Assembly: GCA_963755125.1 (NCBI GenBank) | Contig: CAVWIP010000015.1 | Span: 160,001 to 224,000, forward strand | Length of the DNA stretch: 64,000 bases | Origin: an uncultured delta proteobacterium | GTDB lineage: Bacteria; Myxococcota_A; Polyangia; Fen-1088 | Reading direction: 5' to 3' | Part shown: positions 8,880-18,448 of the stretch, piece after piece | Layout: every line of letters starts with the position of its first letter | Numbering within the stretch: the first letter of the stretch is position 1 | Notes under the pieces: model-generated | Seen by the model: only the letters and a program-made list of their open reading frames with translations | What the model was told of the DNA's origin: nothing | The model's database searches: none | Position numbers and translations under genes: made by a program

Positions 8880-9112
8880 GTCTGACGGTGGTGTCCCGCA
8901 GCCCGCACAGCCGCGTGACCGTTGGCGGTGAGTACGACCGACGCGGCCGGCGTGGCTTCGTCTTGCTGGCCGTGTCGCCGAGCCCAGCGCTGCTCACGCG
9001 GGCAGCGGCCCGGCAGGTGGCGCGCACCCTCGTGATGTTCGCAGAGAGAGTCAGGCCACCCACAGCCACGAAAGGAAAGCACCATGGGACAAAACACCGA
9101 CGCGGCCTATGA
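8876..9112 (+). CDS. Small hypothetical protein
   Basis: ATGA overlap with upstream ORF. Confidence 0.45.
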   Translation: MSLTVVSRSPHSRVTVGGEYDRRGRRGFVLLAVSPSPALLTRAAARQVARTLVMFAERVRPPTATKGKHHGTKHRRGL

Positions 9113-9305
9113 AAACATGACACTCACTGAGTTTCTAGCCCACATCCAAGAGTCAGATGTTCGCACAGTCCTAGACGCGACCGCCGCGCGCATCGGTGCA
9201 GAAAGTCCCCGCGGTAGCGATCGAACCTACGTCTCCCAACGGATGAAGGACATCTTTACCCGCTGGCTCGAAGCATACGAAGCCAACGGAACCCAAGCGT
9301 TCTAG
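9084..9305 (+). CDS. Small hypothetical protein
   Basis: SD AAGGA upstream. Confidence 0.55.
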   Translation: MGQNTDAAYENMTLTEFLAHIQESDVRTVLDATAARIGAESPRGSDRTYVSQRMKDIFTRWLEAYEANGTQAF

Positions 9306-9436
9306 GCCGCCCCGCGCGTCTTGCGCGGTAGGTGCCGGAACGCTCCGACGCCTACCGGGCAGGATGCCCACGAAGGAAGGGAGACACATGGACAAGAAGA
9401 CACGGAGAACCCACGACCCGGGAAGGAAGGTGCACC

Positions 9437-10678
9437 ATGCGTAAACCAAAGCGGCGCGTGTGGGGTAGCGGCACCGTGTGGCAGCGCGGACAGCGTTGGT
9501 GGATACAGTGGCGAGAGGCTGGCCGACGACGGGCGAAGTCTTACCCCGACGAAACCACGGCCCGCAAGGTGCTGGCCAAGATCCTGGCGGACATCGCCAC
9601 CGGCAAGGCTGGCTTGCCACCGGACCCGACCGACGCGCCGACCATCGAGGAACTGTTCGCACCTTGGGCGGCACGCAGGGCGAAGACCCACCGGGCAGCG
9701 AGTGACGACGTGTGCCGCTGGAAAAACCACGTGGCCCCGACCTTCGGGAAGCTGTGGCCCGCCGACGTGGACGCCGGCAAGCTCCGGCGGTACATCGAAG
9801 CGAAGTTGTCCGAGGGCTTGGCCGCGCAGACCGTGGGCCATTGCGTGCGCCTGCTGTCCACGTTCTTCGAGGACGTGAAAGAGCAGGGCCACGTTGCAGT
9901 GAACCCGGTTTCGACGCTGCCACGGAGTACGCGGCGACTCTACAAGTCGACCTACGACGTGCGGTCAACGCCCTACCTCGAACGGGCGGAAGACATCCGG
10001 CGTCTCTACTTGGCCCTGCCCGAACCGCACAACGTGATCTTCATCCTGGGAGCGCTGACGGGCGCCAGGGTGGGGGAGCTGCTGGGCATGGACTGGAAGG
10101 ACATCGACTTTGCAGGCCGGAAGGTGCACGTCAGGCAACAAATGCAAGACGGCAAGCTCTGCCCCTTGAAGGACAAGGAGAGCAGGATCGTGCCGCTGTC
10201 CACGGACTTGGCGCCCGTGTTGGAAGCGTGGAAGCTGCGCACGGGCGGCGTGGGGCAGATGTTCCGGCCAGCGGTTGCAGACCGTGGCAGCCGTCCCGAG
10301 CTGGGCACGCTTCCCGGCTTCGTGCGGCCCCACACCGTCCACAAGGCACTGGCCGAAGCGTTGAAGAAGTGCGGCCTGCCCAAGCTGACGCTTTACCAGT
10401 GCACCCGGCACACCTACGCGAGCCAGTGGACCATGGCTGGCGGTAGCCTCGAAGAGCTGGCGCGCTACATGGGGCACAGCAGCACGTCCACAACGCAGCA
10501 TTATGCCCACCTGGCGCCCGACTTCTTCAGCTCCAAGGCGCGCGACATGGTGCGGGTAGACCTTGCCCGGCCGAAGGGGACCGTGGTAACACTGGCGCCC
10601 GCGTCGGTGCAAGATGGCTACAGAATAGCAACCACGCAGCAAGACACCGCGCCAGCACAACTTAGCTTAATCGGTTGA
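9437..10678 (+). CDS. int: Tyrosine recombinase / phage integrase
   Basis: Arm-binding N-terminus, TGARVGEL, TRHT, MGHS, HYAH catalytic boxes; SD GGAAGG before ATG 9437. Confidence 0.95.
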   Translation: MRKPKRRVWGSGTVWQRGQRWWIQWREAGRRRAKSYPDETTARKVLAKILADIATGKAGLPPDPTDAPTIEELFAPWAARRAKTHRAASDDVCRWKNHVAPTFGKLWPADVDAGKLRRYIEAKLSEGLAAQTVGHCVRLLSTFFEDVKEQGHVAVNPVSTLPRSTRRLYKSTYDVRSTPYLERAEDIRRLYLALPEPHNVIFILGALTGARVGELLGMDWKDIDFAGRKVHVRQQMQDGKLCPLKDKESRIVPLSTDLAPVLEAWKLRTGGVGQMFRPAVADRGSRPELGTLPGFVRPHTVHKALAEALKKCGLPKLTLYQCTRHTYASQWTMAGGSLEELARYMGHSSTSTTQHYAHLAPDFFSSKARDMVRVDLARPKGTVVTLAPASVQDGYRIATTQQDTAPAQLSLIG

Positions 10679-10680
10679 AA
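10668..10680. promoter_or_regulatory. IHF-like site beside the att junction
   Basis: TAATCGGTTGAAA versus consensus YAANNNNTTGATW (1 mismatch), located between int and the tRNA. Confidence 0.45.
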
Positions 10681-10692
10681 GTGTTAATGTTT

Positions 10693-10766
10693 GCGCCCGT
10701 AGCTCAACTGGATAGAGCATCGGCCTACGAAGCCGGGGGTCGCCTGTTCGAATCAGGCCGGGCGCG
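10693..10766 (+). tRNA. tRNA-Arg(ACG), CCA not encoded
   Basis: GCGCCCG/CGGGCGC acceptor, GCTC/GAGC D-stem, anticodon loop CTACGAA, GCCTG-TTCGAAT-CAGGC T-arm. Confidence 0.97.
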
Positions 10767-10775
10767 CAGCAGCGC

Positions 10776-11954
10776 TTACGAGGGATCAGAAACCAGCGTA
10801 ATCCGCGTGATCTCGGCGCGTGTCCCCAGCCGCATGGGCGGTCCCCAGTATCCAGTTCCTGGGTTCACGTAGAGTTGCGTCTGGCCCACGCGATGGAGCC
10901 CTTCAAGGAACGGCTGCTGCAAGCGAACCATGTAGGTAAAGGGCCAGATTTGCCCGCCATGCGTGTGTCCGGACAGCACAAGCCCGACCCCGGCCTTCGC
11001 GGCCGAGAAGATGGCTCGCGGTTGGTGTGAGAGCAGGATCACGGCGCGAGCCGGATCATGCCCGGCGAGGGCACGCACGAGGTCTGGCCCGCCGTCCGGC
11101 TCGATGCTGCGGCCGTTCCAGTCTTCGATGCCGGCCAGTTCCCAACCTCCGCCTGTCTCGGCGTCGAGGACGACATGCGCGTTTCTCAGGACTCGGATCC
11201 CCAGCCGCTGGAACTCGGGCAGCCATTCGGCGAGGCCCGAGTAATATTCGTGGTTGCCCGTGACCATGAACACGCCCAGACGCGCTCGCAGGCCAGCCAA
11301 GGGCAGCGTATCTTCGCGAACCGACCCGAAGCGGCCCTCGACCACGTCGCCGGTGAGCACGATGACGTCGGGGGCGAGCGCATTGGTGCGGCGGACCACG
11401 TTCTTGGCGAAGTCGCGACTCTTGGTCGCTCCGATGTGCAGGTCAGTCAGTTGAACGATCGTGGTTCCTGCCAGGGCCGGCGGAAGCCCGGGGACCGCGA
11501 TGCGCAACTCCTTCACCACGGGCTCGCGCAACCCCTGGAAGATCGAGTAGACCCCGATCGCGACGCTCGCCGCAACCACGCCGGCAGCCAGCCAGCGGAC
11601 CAGCATGAGCTTCGTGGCCGCATCAAGCTGTGGGCGGGCCGACACTGCCCTGCCGAGCATGAAAAGAATCCTGAGCGCGTCTGTCGCCAACAGGGCCGCA
11701 AGGAGGAGCAGCATCAAACCGAGCCAGATGTAGCCAGGCCAGGCCGCCAAGGCGGCCCACGGTCGCGGCATCAGCCTGGGCGCCATGAGTGAGACTGGCA
11801 CCGAACAGGCGAGCGCGACGCAGGCCACGGTTGCCCATGTTCGATAGGGCAGGGGCAACTGTGTCTCGCGCACGAGTCGCACCCAGAAATAGGAATGGAT
11901 GCCGGCCAGGATGGCGAGCGCGGAAAGAAAGAATGTGATGAACCTGTAAAGCAG
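10776..11954 (-). CDS. Membrane-anchored metallophosphoesterase (YkuE/YaeI-like); start uncertain
   Basis: DLH, GD, GNHE, SH, GHTHGGQ motifs plus N-terminal TMs. The best SD (GGAGG) precedes a CTG at 11954; the ORF is open to 12059. Confidence 0.9.
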   Translation of the reverse strand: MLYRFITFFLSALAILAGIHSYFWVRLVRETQLPLPYRTWATVACVALACSVPVSLMAPRLMPRPWAALAAWPGYIWLGLMLLLLAALLATDALRILFMLGRAVSARPQLDAATKLMLVRWLAAGVVAASVAIGVYSIFQGLREPVVKELRIAVPGLPPALAGTTIVQLTDLHIGATKSRDFAKNVVRRTNALAPDVIVLTGDVVEGRFGSVREDTLPLAGLRARLGVFMVTGNHEYYSGLAEWLPEFQRLGIRVLRNAHVVLDAETGGGWELAGIEDWNGRSIEPDGGPDLVRALAGHDPARAVILLSHQPRAIFSAAKAGVGLVLSGHTHGGQIWPFTYMVRLQQPFLEGLHRVGQTQLYVNPGTGYWGPPMRLGTRAEITRITLVSDPS

Positions 11955-12253
11955 AGCCCAATCCTCCGAAAGTGGTGTTTCAGAGCGGCATCCAGAAAGC
12001 AGGTGACGGGGTCGGTTGACGCAGGCTTGCTCTTCGCGCGTGAGATTCGAGCGACGCACTGATGACGACGGTGCCTGTCACGCGGACAGTTCTAGCAAGC
12101 CTGCGATGCATTTGCCGCCCCGGGGAATTTGCGAGTGCCGACCGCGACACGTTCGCGGCGCCCGTGTCGCGGTCGCAACAGATATTCGCGCACATCGCCG
12201 TGGAAGCCGTGGAGAAGCTGAGGAGAAGTGGCCGACTTCAGCCCAACGGGGAT

Positions 12254-12269
12254 TGGTACGTGTGGTGCA
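12254..12269 (+). promoter_or_regulatory. Possible sigma54 promoter
   Basis: TGGTACG-TGTG-GTGCA with correct GG-10-GC spacing, upstream of the Crp/Fnr gene. Confidence 0.35.
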
Positions 12270-12284
12270 TCGCCAGGGGATCGC

Positions 12285-13040
12285 ATGAACACCGCCGCCT
12301 CGCTTTCCATGACAGACACAGCCTCTCAGCTTCGCGACGTGGGCGTCTATCCAGCCTTGGGCGCGCTGCGCAATTCAAGCTGGTTTGGTGGGCTTTCTGC
12401 CTCTACGCTTGCTCAGCTAGCCAGAAATGCCTCCATTCGCTCCTTCTGGACCAGGCAGCAGGTCGCGCTTGAGGGTCGCTGGCTCGGGGCTGCGGCGGTG
12501 ATCGTGCGTGGGCGCATCTGCTCTGTGCGTCAAACCGACGGTTCACGCGAGCTAGTCTTGGAGACGTTCACGGCTGGCAACATTCTTCTGGATGGGGTCA
12601 TCGATCCGGCCGGCAGCAAGTCCGGCGACACCTTGGTCGCTGCCGAGACCAGCGTGCTTCTCTTGCTTCCAAGAGAGGAGTTCTTGGCCGTGGCCAACAG
12701 CGTTCCCGAAGTTGCGCTGGCATTTGTGCGCGAATTCGAGCGGCGCCTGAGCAGGGTAAAATCTCTCGCCTGGGGACTTGCCACGACTGACGTGGAAAGC
12801 CGGCTGTACCATTTGATTCTCGACCTGGCCCGGGACCAAGGTGAAGTGGGCCAAGAGGGGACGGTCATCACGCGCTTCCCCACGCAACAGGAATTGGCTG
12901 GGCGGATCGGAGCGTGCCGCGAAACCGTCTCCCGCATTGTGGCCGACTTGGCCCGGCAGGGCCTCCTCACGTTGCAGGGACGGTGTTTGACCCTGATGCC
13001 GCGTTTCTTCGCCGTGGCGCGAGCGGCCGAGACGTTTTGA
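12285..13040 (+). CDS. Crp/Fnr family transcriptional regulator
   Basis: cNMP-like domain plus HTH TQQELAGRIGACRETVSR; start uncertain. Confidence 0.9.
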   Translation: MNTAASLSMTDTASQLRDVGVYPALGALRNSSWFGGLSASTLAQLARNASIRSFWTRQQVALEGRWLGAAAVIVRGRICSVRQTDGSRELVLETFTAGNILLDGVIDPAGSKSGDTLVAAETSVLLLLPREEFLAVANSVPEVALAFVREFERRLSRVKSLAWGLATTDVESRLYHLILDLARDQGEVGQEGTVITRFPTQQELAGRIGACRETVSRIVADLARQGLLTLQGRCLTLMPRFFAVARAAETF

Positions 13041-13139
13041 TTTGAAGTCAACGGCCTCGCCACACTCGGGCGACGAAAACTCTTGAACCTCGGCCCGAGA
13101 TTGACGCTATACCCACCGGGTGTGACAATCCGCCGAGCC

Positions 13140-14423
13140 TTGAACGCACCCTCGACTGGAGCATCCCTCGGGCTGGTTTCCTCAGCCGCGGCCCCGTCCG
13201 TCCTGCGCCCGCATGAGGCCGCCGGGCTAGCGGTTCGCGAAGCCGACCTTCGTACGTCGATCCGGCCCACCGTGGCGGAGGTTGATCTGGGTGCCCTGGC
13301 TCGCAATGTCGCGCGCGTGCGCGCCATCGTGGGTCCGAAGGTGGCCATCTACGGCGTGGTGAAGGCGGACGCCTATGGACACGGTGCCGTAGCTGTGGCG
13401 GGCGTGCTCGCGCCCCTGGTCGACGCGCTCGCGGTTTCTCTGGTAGAGGAAGGTCTCGAGCTTCGCGGGGCCGGCCTGACCTGTCCGATCTTAGTGCTGG
13501 GCGCCTACTACGGTCAAACCCACTCCGAGGTGCTGGAAGAGGGCCTCACGCCGGTCGTCTACGACGTCGGCGAGTTGCAACGGTTTGGCAGCGCGCCCCG
13601 GCGGCGCAGGCCAAAAGGCGGTCGGTCCGAGGCGGCAGGTAGCCTGCAGCAGCGTTGGCCCGTGCACGTGAAGATCGACACGGGCATGAACCGACTGGGC
13701 ATTCAGCCCGAAGCCTTGCCGGCATTCTTCGAGATTGCGGCTCGCTACCCGCACCTGGAATTGACCGGGCTGTGCACGCACTTCGCGTCGGCTGACATGA
13801 AACGTCCCGGAGCCACCCGCGAGCAGATCGCACGCTTTGCGCGTTGCCTTGCGGTCGCGGCCGCTCGCGGGGTGGTTCCCGATGTCGTGCACGCGGCCAA
13901 CAGCGCTGCGGCGGTGCGCTTTCCCGAGGCGCGCTACCGAGCTATCCGGCCCGGGCTTGCGCTCTACGGTGCCATGCCGTCGGCGGTGGTGGCCCGTCCC
14001 GAGCTGGAGGCTGTGCTCAGTTTGCGCACCAAGATCATGGCGTTGCACGAGGTGGCCGCTGGCCAGGGCGTGAGCTACGGCGGTCTGTGGCGTCCAGCGC
14101 GCAAGGCACGCGTGGCCACCCTGCCCATCGGCTATGCCGACGGCTATCCCAGACACATTCGCGGCGCCGAGGTTCTCATCCGGGGCTGCCGTGCTCCGGT
14201 GGTCGGCGCCGTGTGCATGGACATGATGATGGTTGATGTGAGCCGGGTGCCGGGCGCATCCGTGGGCGCCCCTGTGACCCTCATCGGGTACGACCACGGG
14301 TCGGCCATCACCATCGACCACGTGGCCCGCTGGGCTGATACCGCCAGCTACGAGATTCTGTGCGGGATCTCCAAGCGCGTTCCGCGCATCTACCGGACCA
14401 GCCAACCGGATGCCCAGCCATGA
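13140..14423 (+). CDS. alr: Alanine racemase
   Basis: VVKADAYGHG, HVKIDTGMNRLG, GYADG, CMD. Start placed at the TTG after TTGACG-17-GACAAT (13101-13129). Confidence 0.95.
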   Translation: MNAPSTGASLGLVSSAAAPSVLRPHEAAGLAVREADLRTSIRPTVAEVDLGALARNVARVRAIVGPKVAIYGVVKADAYGHGAVAVAGVLAPLVDALAVSLVEEGLELRGAGLTCPILVLGAYYGQTHSEVLEEGLTPVVYDVGELQRFGSAPRRRRPKGGRSEAAGSLQQRWPVHVKIDTGMNRLGIQPEALPAFFEIAARYPHLELTGLCTHFASADMKRPGATREQIARFARCLAVAAARGVVPDVVHAANSAAAVRFPEARYRAIRPGLALYGAMPSAVVARPELEAVLSLRTKIMALHEVAAGQGVSYGGLWRPARKARVATLPIGYADGYPRHIRGAEVLIRGCRAPVVGAVCMDMMMVDVSRVPGASVGAPVTLIGYDHGSAITIDHVARWADTASYEILCGISKRVPRIYRTSQPDAQP

Positions 14424-15274
14424 GCAACGCTGCTCCGACCAACCCGAGCGGCGGCGTTCAGGAGTTCTCGCCCACGCAAGTGGTTCGTCTCGTCGGTCGA
14501 ATCTTCGGGCCCTTGTTGGGAGCGGTGGCCATTTTCGGCCAGCACATGCTGTTGTTGGGCCGCGCCTTCACGTGGTTGTTTCGGCGGCCTTTCCGGCTGC
14601 GCCTCTACCTAGAACAGATGGAGTTCATCGGCGTGGGCTCGATGCCCATCATCATGCTGGTGGGGTTTTTCAGCGGAGCGGTGACGGCGCTGCAGGGCAT
14701 CACCGCGCTGGCCATGTTCGACCAGCAGCGCTGGGTCGGCTACGCCGTGGGGGTTTCCCTGGCACGCGAACTGGCGCCTGTGTTCACCGCCCTCATGATC
14801 ACGGCGCGGGCCGGTTCGGCCATGGCAACCGAGCTGGGTTCGATGCGTATCACCGAGCAGATCGATGCGCTGACGACTTTTGCGGTGAACCCGGTGCACT
14901 ACTTGGTCACGCCCCGGTTGGTCGCCTCGATCTTGATGCTGCCGGTCATGACCATGGTGTTCAACGTGGTCGGTTTGCTGGGCGGCTACGTCATTTCGAT
15001 TTTGGTGTACCAGATCGATCTGGGGCAGGTTCTGGAGCTGTTTCGTCACTGGGTCGACCCGGTGGACTACGTGCAAGGGCTCATCAAGTCGGTGATCTTC
15101 GGCATCGCCATGGCGTTGGCTGCCTGCTATCAAGGATTCAACGTGCGCGGTGGGGCCAAGGAAGTGGGCCGCGCTACCACCGCCGCCGTCGTGTCCAGTT
15201 CGGTTTCTGTCCTGGTGCTCGACTACTTCTTGATCGAGATCATGAACGTGATCTGGCCCTCGCATGGACTGTAG
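14420..15274 (+). CDS. mlaE: MlaE ABC permease
   Basis: RELAPVFTA..ARAGSAMATELGSM..TEQIDAL; GGAKEVG.ATT.AVV. Confidence 0.95.
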   Translation: MSNAAPTNPSGGVQEFSPTQVVRLVGRIFGPLLGAVAIFGQHMLLLGRAFTWLFRRPFRLRLYLEQMEFIGVGSMPIIMLVGFFSGAVTALQGITALAMFDQQRWVGYAVGVSLARELAPVFTALMITARAGSAMATELGSMRITEQIDALTTFAVNPVHYLVTPRLVASILMLPVMTMVFNVVGLLGGYVISILVYQIDLGQVLELFRHWVDPVDYVQGLIKSVIFGIAMALAACYQGFNVRGGAKEVGRATTAAVVSSSVSVLVLDYFLIEIMNVIWPSHGL

Positions 15275-16069
15275 ATGACGAACGGCGGCCATACGCGTGA
15301 CGATCGCTGGCAGATCCAGATTCGCGGTCTGCACAAGAGCTTCGGCTCGCAGGAGGTTCTGCGCGGGATCGACCTGGACTTCGAGCGGGGCAAGACCAAC
15401 ATCGTCATCGGTGGCTCCGGGCAGGGCAAGTCGGTGCTGATGAAGCACCTGATGGGTCTGTTGCAACCGGACAGCGGCCACATCTACGTTGACGGCGAGG
15501 ATATCGTGGGCCTCGACGAAGTGGCCATCGCGAAGGTACAGCGCAAGTTCGGTATGGTTTTTCAGTATGCTGCGCTCTTTGACTCGCTCAACGTGGTCGA
15601 GAACATAGCCTTTCCGCTCATCGAGCGGTATCGGCTGCCCAGAGGTGAAATCCTGGGTCGGGTGAGGGACTTGCTCCGGCGCCTGGATCTGGACAATGTT
15701 CCGGGGGTGGAGGAGAAGTTCCCCGCCGAGCTATCCGGTGGTATGCGAAAGCGTGTGGGCCTGGCGCGCGCGCTTGTCGACCGGCCCCAGATTCTGCTCT
15801 ACGATGAGCCCACCACCGGGCTTGACCCGATTGCCACCAAAAACGTCGATGAAATGATCAGGCGCACTGCAGATGACTTTGGGGTCACGTCCGTCGTGAT
15901 CTCACACGACATGGCGTCGACCTTTCGCATCGGCGACCGCATCGCCATGCTCTACGACGGCAAGATCGTTGCCTGCGGCACGCCTGCCGAGTTGCTCGCG
16001 GCGCCCGACCCGAGGCTGCGTGAGTTCGTCGAACCCTCGGGCGCGGTGAAATTCGGGGCGCCATCATGA
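15275..16069 (+). CDS. mlaF: MlaF ABC ATPase
   Basis: GGSGQGKS, LSGGMRKRVGLARA, YDEPTTGLDP. Confidence 0.95.
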   Translation: MTNGGHTRDDRWQIQIRGLHKSFGSQEVLRGIDLDFERGKTNIVIGGSGQGKSVLMKHLMGLLQPDSGHIYVDGEDIVGLDEVAIAKVQRKFGMVFQYAALFDSLNVVENIAFPLIERYRLPRGEILGRVRDLLRRLDLDNVPGVEEKFPAELSGGMRKRVGLARALVDRPQILLYDEPTTGLDPIATKNVDEMIRRTADDFGVTSVVISHDMASTFRIGDRIAMLYDGKIVACGTPAELLAAPDPRLREFVEPSGAVKFGAPS

Positions 16070-17589
16070 GGCGGAGTCTGGCCGGCTTCACGGTGGGCGC
16101 CCTTGCGCTGGTGGTCTTGGTGACGACCTACCTGCTGTTTCAGTACACCAGCAAGAAGATCGCGGGGGGCGGCGGCTACCGCGTGCACGCTCTGTTTCAC
16201 AATGCCCTGGGGGTCTACGAGAGGACGCGGGTTCTGTCGGCTGGGTTGCGCATCGGACAGGTCGAGGAGCGCGAACTCGACCAGGAGTCGGGCAAGGCCA
16301 AGGTTTTTCTGCGCATCATGCCGAATATCAAGCTCTACGAGAATGCCGCCATTGCCAAGAAGGCGGCGTCGCTGCTCGGCGAGTACTACCTCGAGATCGA
16401 TCCCGGCTCTCCTGTGGCGGTACGCAGTGGCAAGCGCGTGGCTCTGCGGGAACTGCAGGAGGGCGACGAGATCAAGATCGTGACCGAGCCGGTGGAGATG
16501 GGCGACATCATGAACTCGGTGGGCGAAACCCTGCCCATCCTAAGGGACATCCTTTCAGACGTGAAGGAGCTGACCTCGGGACCGGTCAAGGATATAGCCA
16601 ACAACGCCAACCAATTGCTGGAGAGAAACTCGGCCATCGTCGAGCGCCTGCTCGGACGCATAGACGACATCGCAGCGACCGTGCAGGGAATCACCCGCTC
16701 CGAGGCCGAGGATGTCCGCGTCACCCTGCACAACGCGCGCGACATCACCGAGGCCATCAAGGGGCTGGTGGGCACCACCCAGGGGCAGGTTTCGGGGGCA
16801 GGACAGGATCTGCGCAGCTCGTTGCAGAAGCTGCAGACCAGCATCGACAGCCTGGACAAGTCGTTGCGCCACGTGGACAAGATCACCAGCCGCATGGAGG
16901 ACGGCGAGGGCACGGTGGGCCACCTGCTGACCGACGATACCGTGGCCAAGAACCTCGACAGTATCACGGATGACATCAGCGGCATCACCCGTGGTGTGAA
17001 CCGGCTGCAGACCATCGTGGGTCTGCGCACCGAGTACAACTACATGGCCCATACCTTCAAGTCCTACGTGGCTGTCCAGTTGTACCCGCGACCTGACAAG
17101 TTCTACCTGATCGAGTTGGTCGACGATCCGCGTGGCTATCGCAACGCCTCAAGTACCGTGGGCTACAGCTCACAAATCGGCGCGTATTCCAACGAGCAGG
17201 TCACCACGACCGAGCAGCTACGCTTCAGCTTCATGTTCGGCAAGCGTTGGGGTCCTGTGCAGGGGCGTTTTGGCATCAAGGAATCGACCGGTGGCGTGGG
17301 CGGCGACCTGTACCTGTTCAACGACCACCTGATGTTGTCGACTGATATCTTCGACACGCGTTCGAATCAGTACCCGCGCGTGACCGCACGTGGGTACCTC
17401 GCGATCTACAAGAAGTACCTCTACCTCGTGGGAGGGGTGGACGACATATTGAACTACACCCGAACCCAAGGTACCGCGGGCGGGTTTTTCGACTGGTTCA
17501 TGGGCTTGCAGCTCTACTTCAACGACGAAGATCTCAAGACCCTGCTGCTCTTTGGCGGTGCCAGCGCCGCTGCGGCGGCCGGCAAGTAG
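16066..17589 (+). CDS. mlaD: MCE/MlaD family protein with helical linker and C-terminal beta-rich domain
   Basis: N-terminal TM, MCE domain (SLLGEYYLEIDPG), GEGTVGHLL. Confidence 0.9.
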   Translation: MRRSLAGFTVGALALVVLVTTYLLFQYTSKKIAGGGGYRVHALFHNALGVYERTRVLSAGLRIGQVEERELDQESGKAKVFLRIMPNIKLYENAAIAKKAASLLGEYYLEIDPGSPVAVRSGKRVALRELQEGDEIKIVTEPVEMGDIMNSVGETLPILRDILSDVKELTSGPVKDIANNANQLLERNSAIVERLLGRIDDIAATVQGITRSEAEDVRVTLHNARDITEAIKGLVGTTQGQVSGAGQDLRSSLQKLQTSIDSLDKSLRHVDKITSRMEDGEGTVGHLLTDDTVAKNLDSITDDISGITRGVNRLQTIVGLRTEYNYMAHTFKSYVAVQLYPRPDKFYLIELVDDPRGYRNASSTVGYSSQIGAYSNEQVTTTEQLRFSFMFGKRWGPVQGRFGIKESTGGVGGDLYLFNDHLMLSTDIFDTRSNQYPRVTARGYLAIYKKYLYLVGGVDDILNYTRTQGTAGGFFDWFMGLQLYFNDEDLKTLLLFGGASAAAAAGK

Positions 17590-17594
17590 CAGGC

Positions 17595-17622
17595 TTGACG
17601 CCCAGCCGGCGCCCCCTATAGT
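17595..17622 (+). promoter_or_regulatory. Sigma70-type promoter of the yceD-rpmF-fab operon
   Basis: TTGACG-16 bp-TATAGT. Confidence 0.55.
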
Positions 17623-17663
17623 TACGCCCTTTCCAAGCACGGGGCTCGCGCCTCGCACCTGCC

Positions 17664-18182
17664 ATGCGTTACAAGACCAAAGATATTGGCGACGAGGGGC
17701 TGGACATCCGCGTGGCAGTGACCGAGGCCTGGCTCAAGGCGGAGAGTCCTGACGTGGACATGCGGCCGTCAGAAGAGGGCATTGTCTTCACCGGCCGTCT
17801 GGAACTGGCCGGCGACGAGTATCTGCTGCGGGGCACGCTCCGGGGCGGTCTGGTCACGCCGTGCGTTCGCTGTCTGGAGCCGGCCACGCTGGCGCTCGAC
17901 GTGCCTGTGACGCTCACTTTCGTCGAGCGCGCAGAGCCGTCGGGCGAAGAGGAGGAGGATGACGACGAGGACGTCATCACCTTCCAGGATGGTGCGATCG
18001 ACCTGGGACCCGAGATCCGGGACGAATTGCTACTGGCCCTGCCCATGGGGCCGCTGTGCCGGGAGGATTGCGCGGGCATCTGCCCCACTTGCGGCGTGAA
18101 CCGGAACCTGACACCCTGCAGTTGCGCCGAGCGGCCGGCGGGCGGTGGCAAGTTCGCGGCGCGGGCCAAAGTTAAGGCGTAA
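17664..18182 (+). CDS. yceD: YceD/DUF177 protein
   Basis: CVRCL...LCREDCAGICPTCG; directly upstream of rpmF. Confidence 0.92.
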   Translation: MRYKTKDIGDEGLDIRVAVTEAWLKAESPDVDMRPSEEGIVFTGRLELAGDEYLLRGTLRGGLVTPCVRCLEPATLALDVPVTLTFVERAEPSGEEEEDDDEDVITFQDGAIDLGPEIRDELLLALPMGPLCREDCAGICPTCGVNRNLTPCSCAERPAGGGKFAARAKVKA

Positions 18183-18209
18183 CGGTATTCGACAACAGGA
18201 GATGTGACC

Positions 18210-18404
18210 ATGGCAGTTCCCAAGAGACGACAATCCAAGTCCCGCTCGGCGATCCGCCGGGCCCAGGTGATGAAGCAGCCGATTCCCCACTTCGTTCCCT
18301 GCCCGCGCTGTGGCGAGGCAAGACTCCCTCACCGGGTCTGCGCGGCGTGCGGCTACTACAAGGACCGCATGGTCATTGAAAAGCCGCAAGACGAGACGAC
18401 CTAG
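18210..18404 (+). CDS. rpmF: 50S ribosomal protein L32
   Basis: MAVPKRRQSKSR...CPRCG...PHRVC..CGYY. Confidence 0.97.
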   Translation: MAVPKRRQSKSRSAIRRAQVMKQPIPHFVPCPRCGEARLPHRVCAACGYYKDRMVIEKPQDETT

Positions 18405-18448
18405 TCCCCAAGGCGCGTCGACTATTTGAGGCGGAAGGTATCCGTCCC

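Larger units (their letters stand above)
1..10730 (+). mobile_element. Element 1: integrative phage-satellite-like element (left end outside window), right junction at tRNA-Arg
   Basis: Co-oriented Prim-Pol/helicase, TerS-like genes, RHH, excisionase-like HTH and tyrosine integrase ending 14 bp before tRNA-Arg. No capsid, portal, TerL or tail genes recognised in the visible part. Exact crossover unknown. Confidence 0.8.

Noticed and set aside
10675..10872. 65-aa ORF after integrase 1
   Set aside because: It is the tRNA-Arg sequence read as codons.
13588..13660. Basic insertion in Alr (APRRRRPKGGRSEAAG) as a third copy of the coding repeat
   Set aside because: No nucleotide match to the three conserved blocks.
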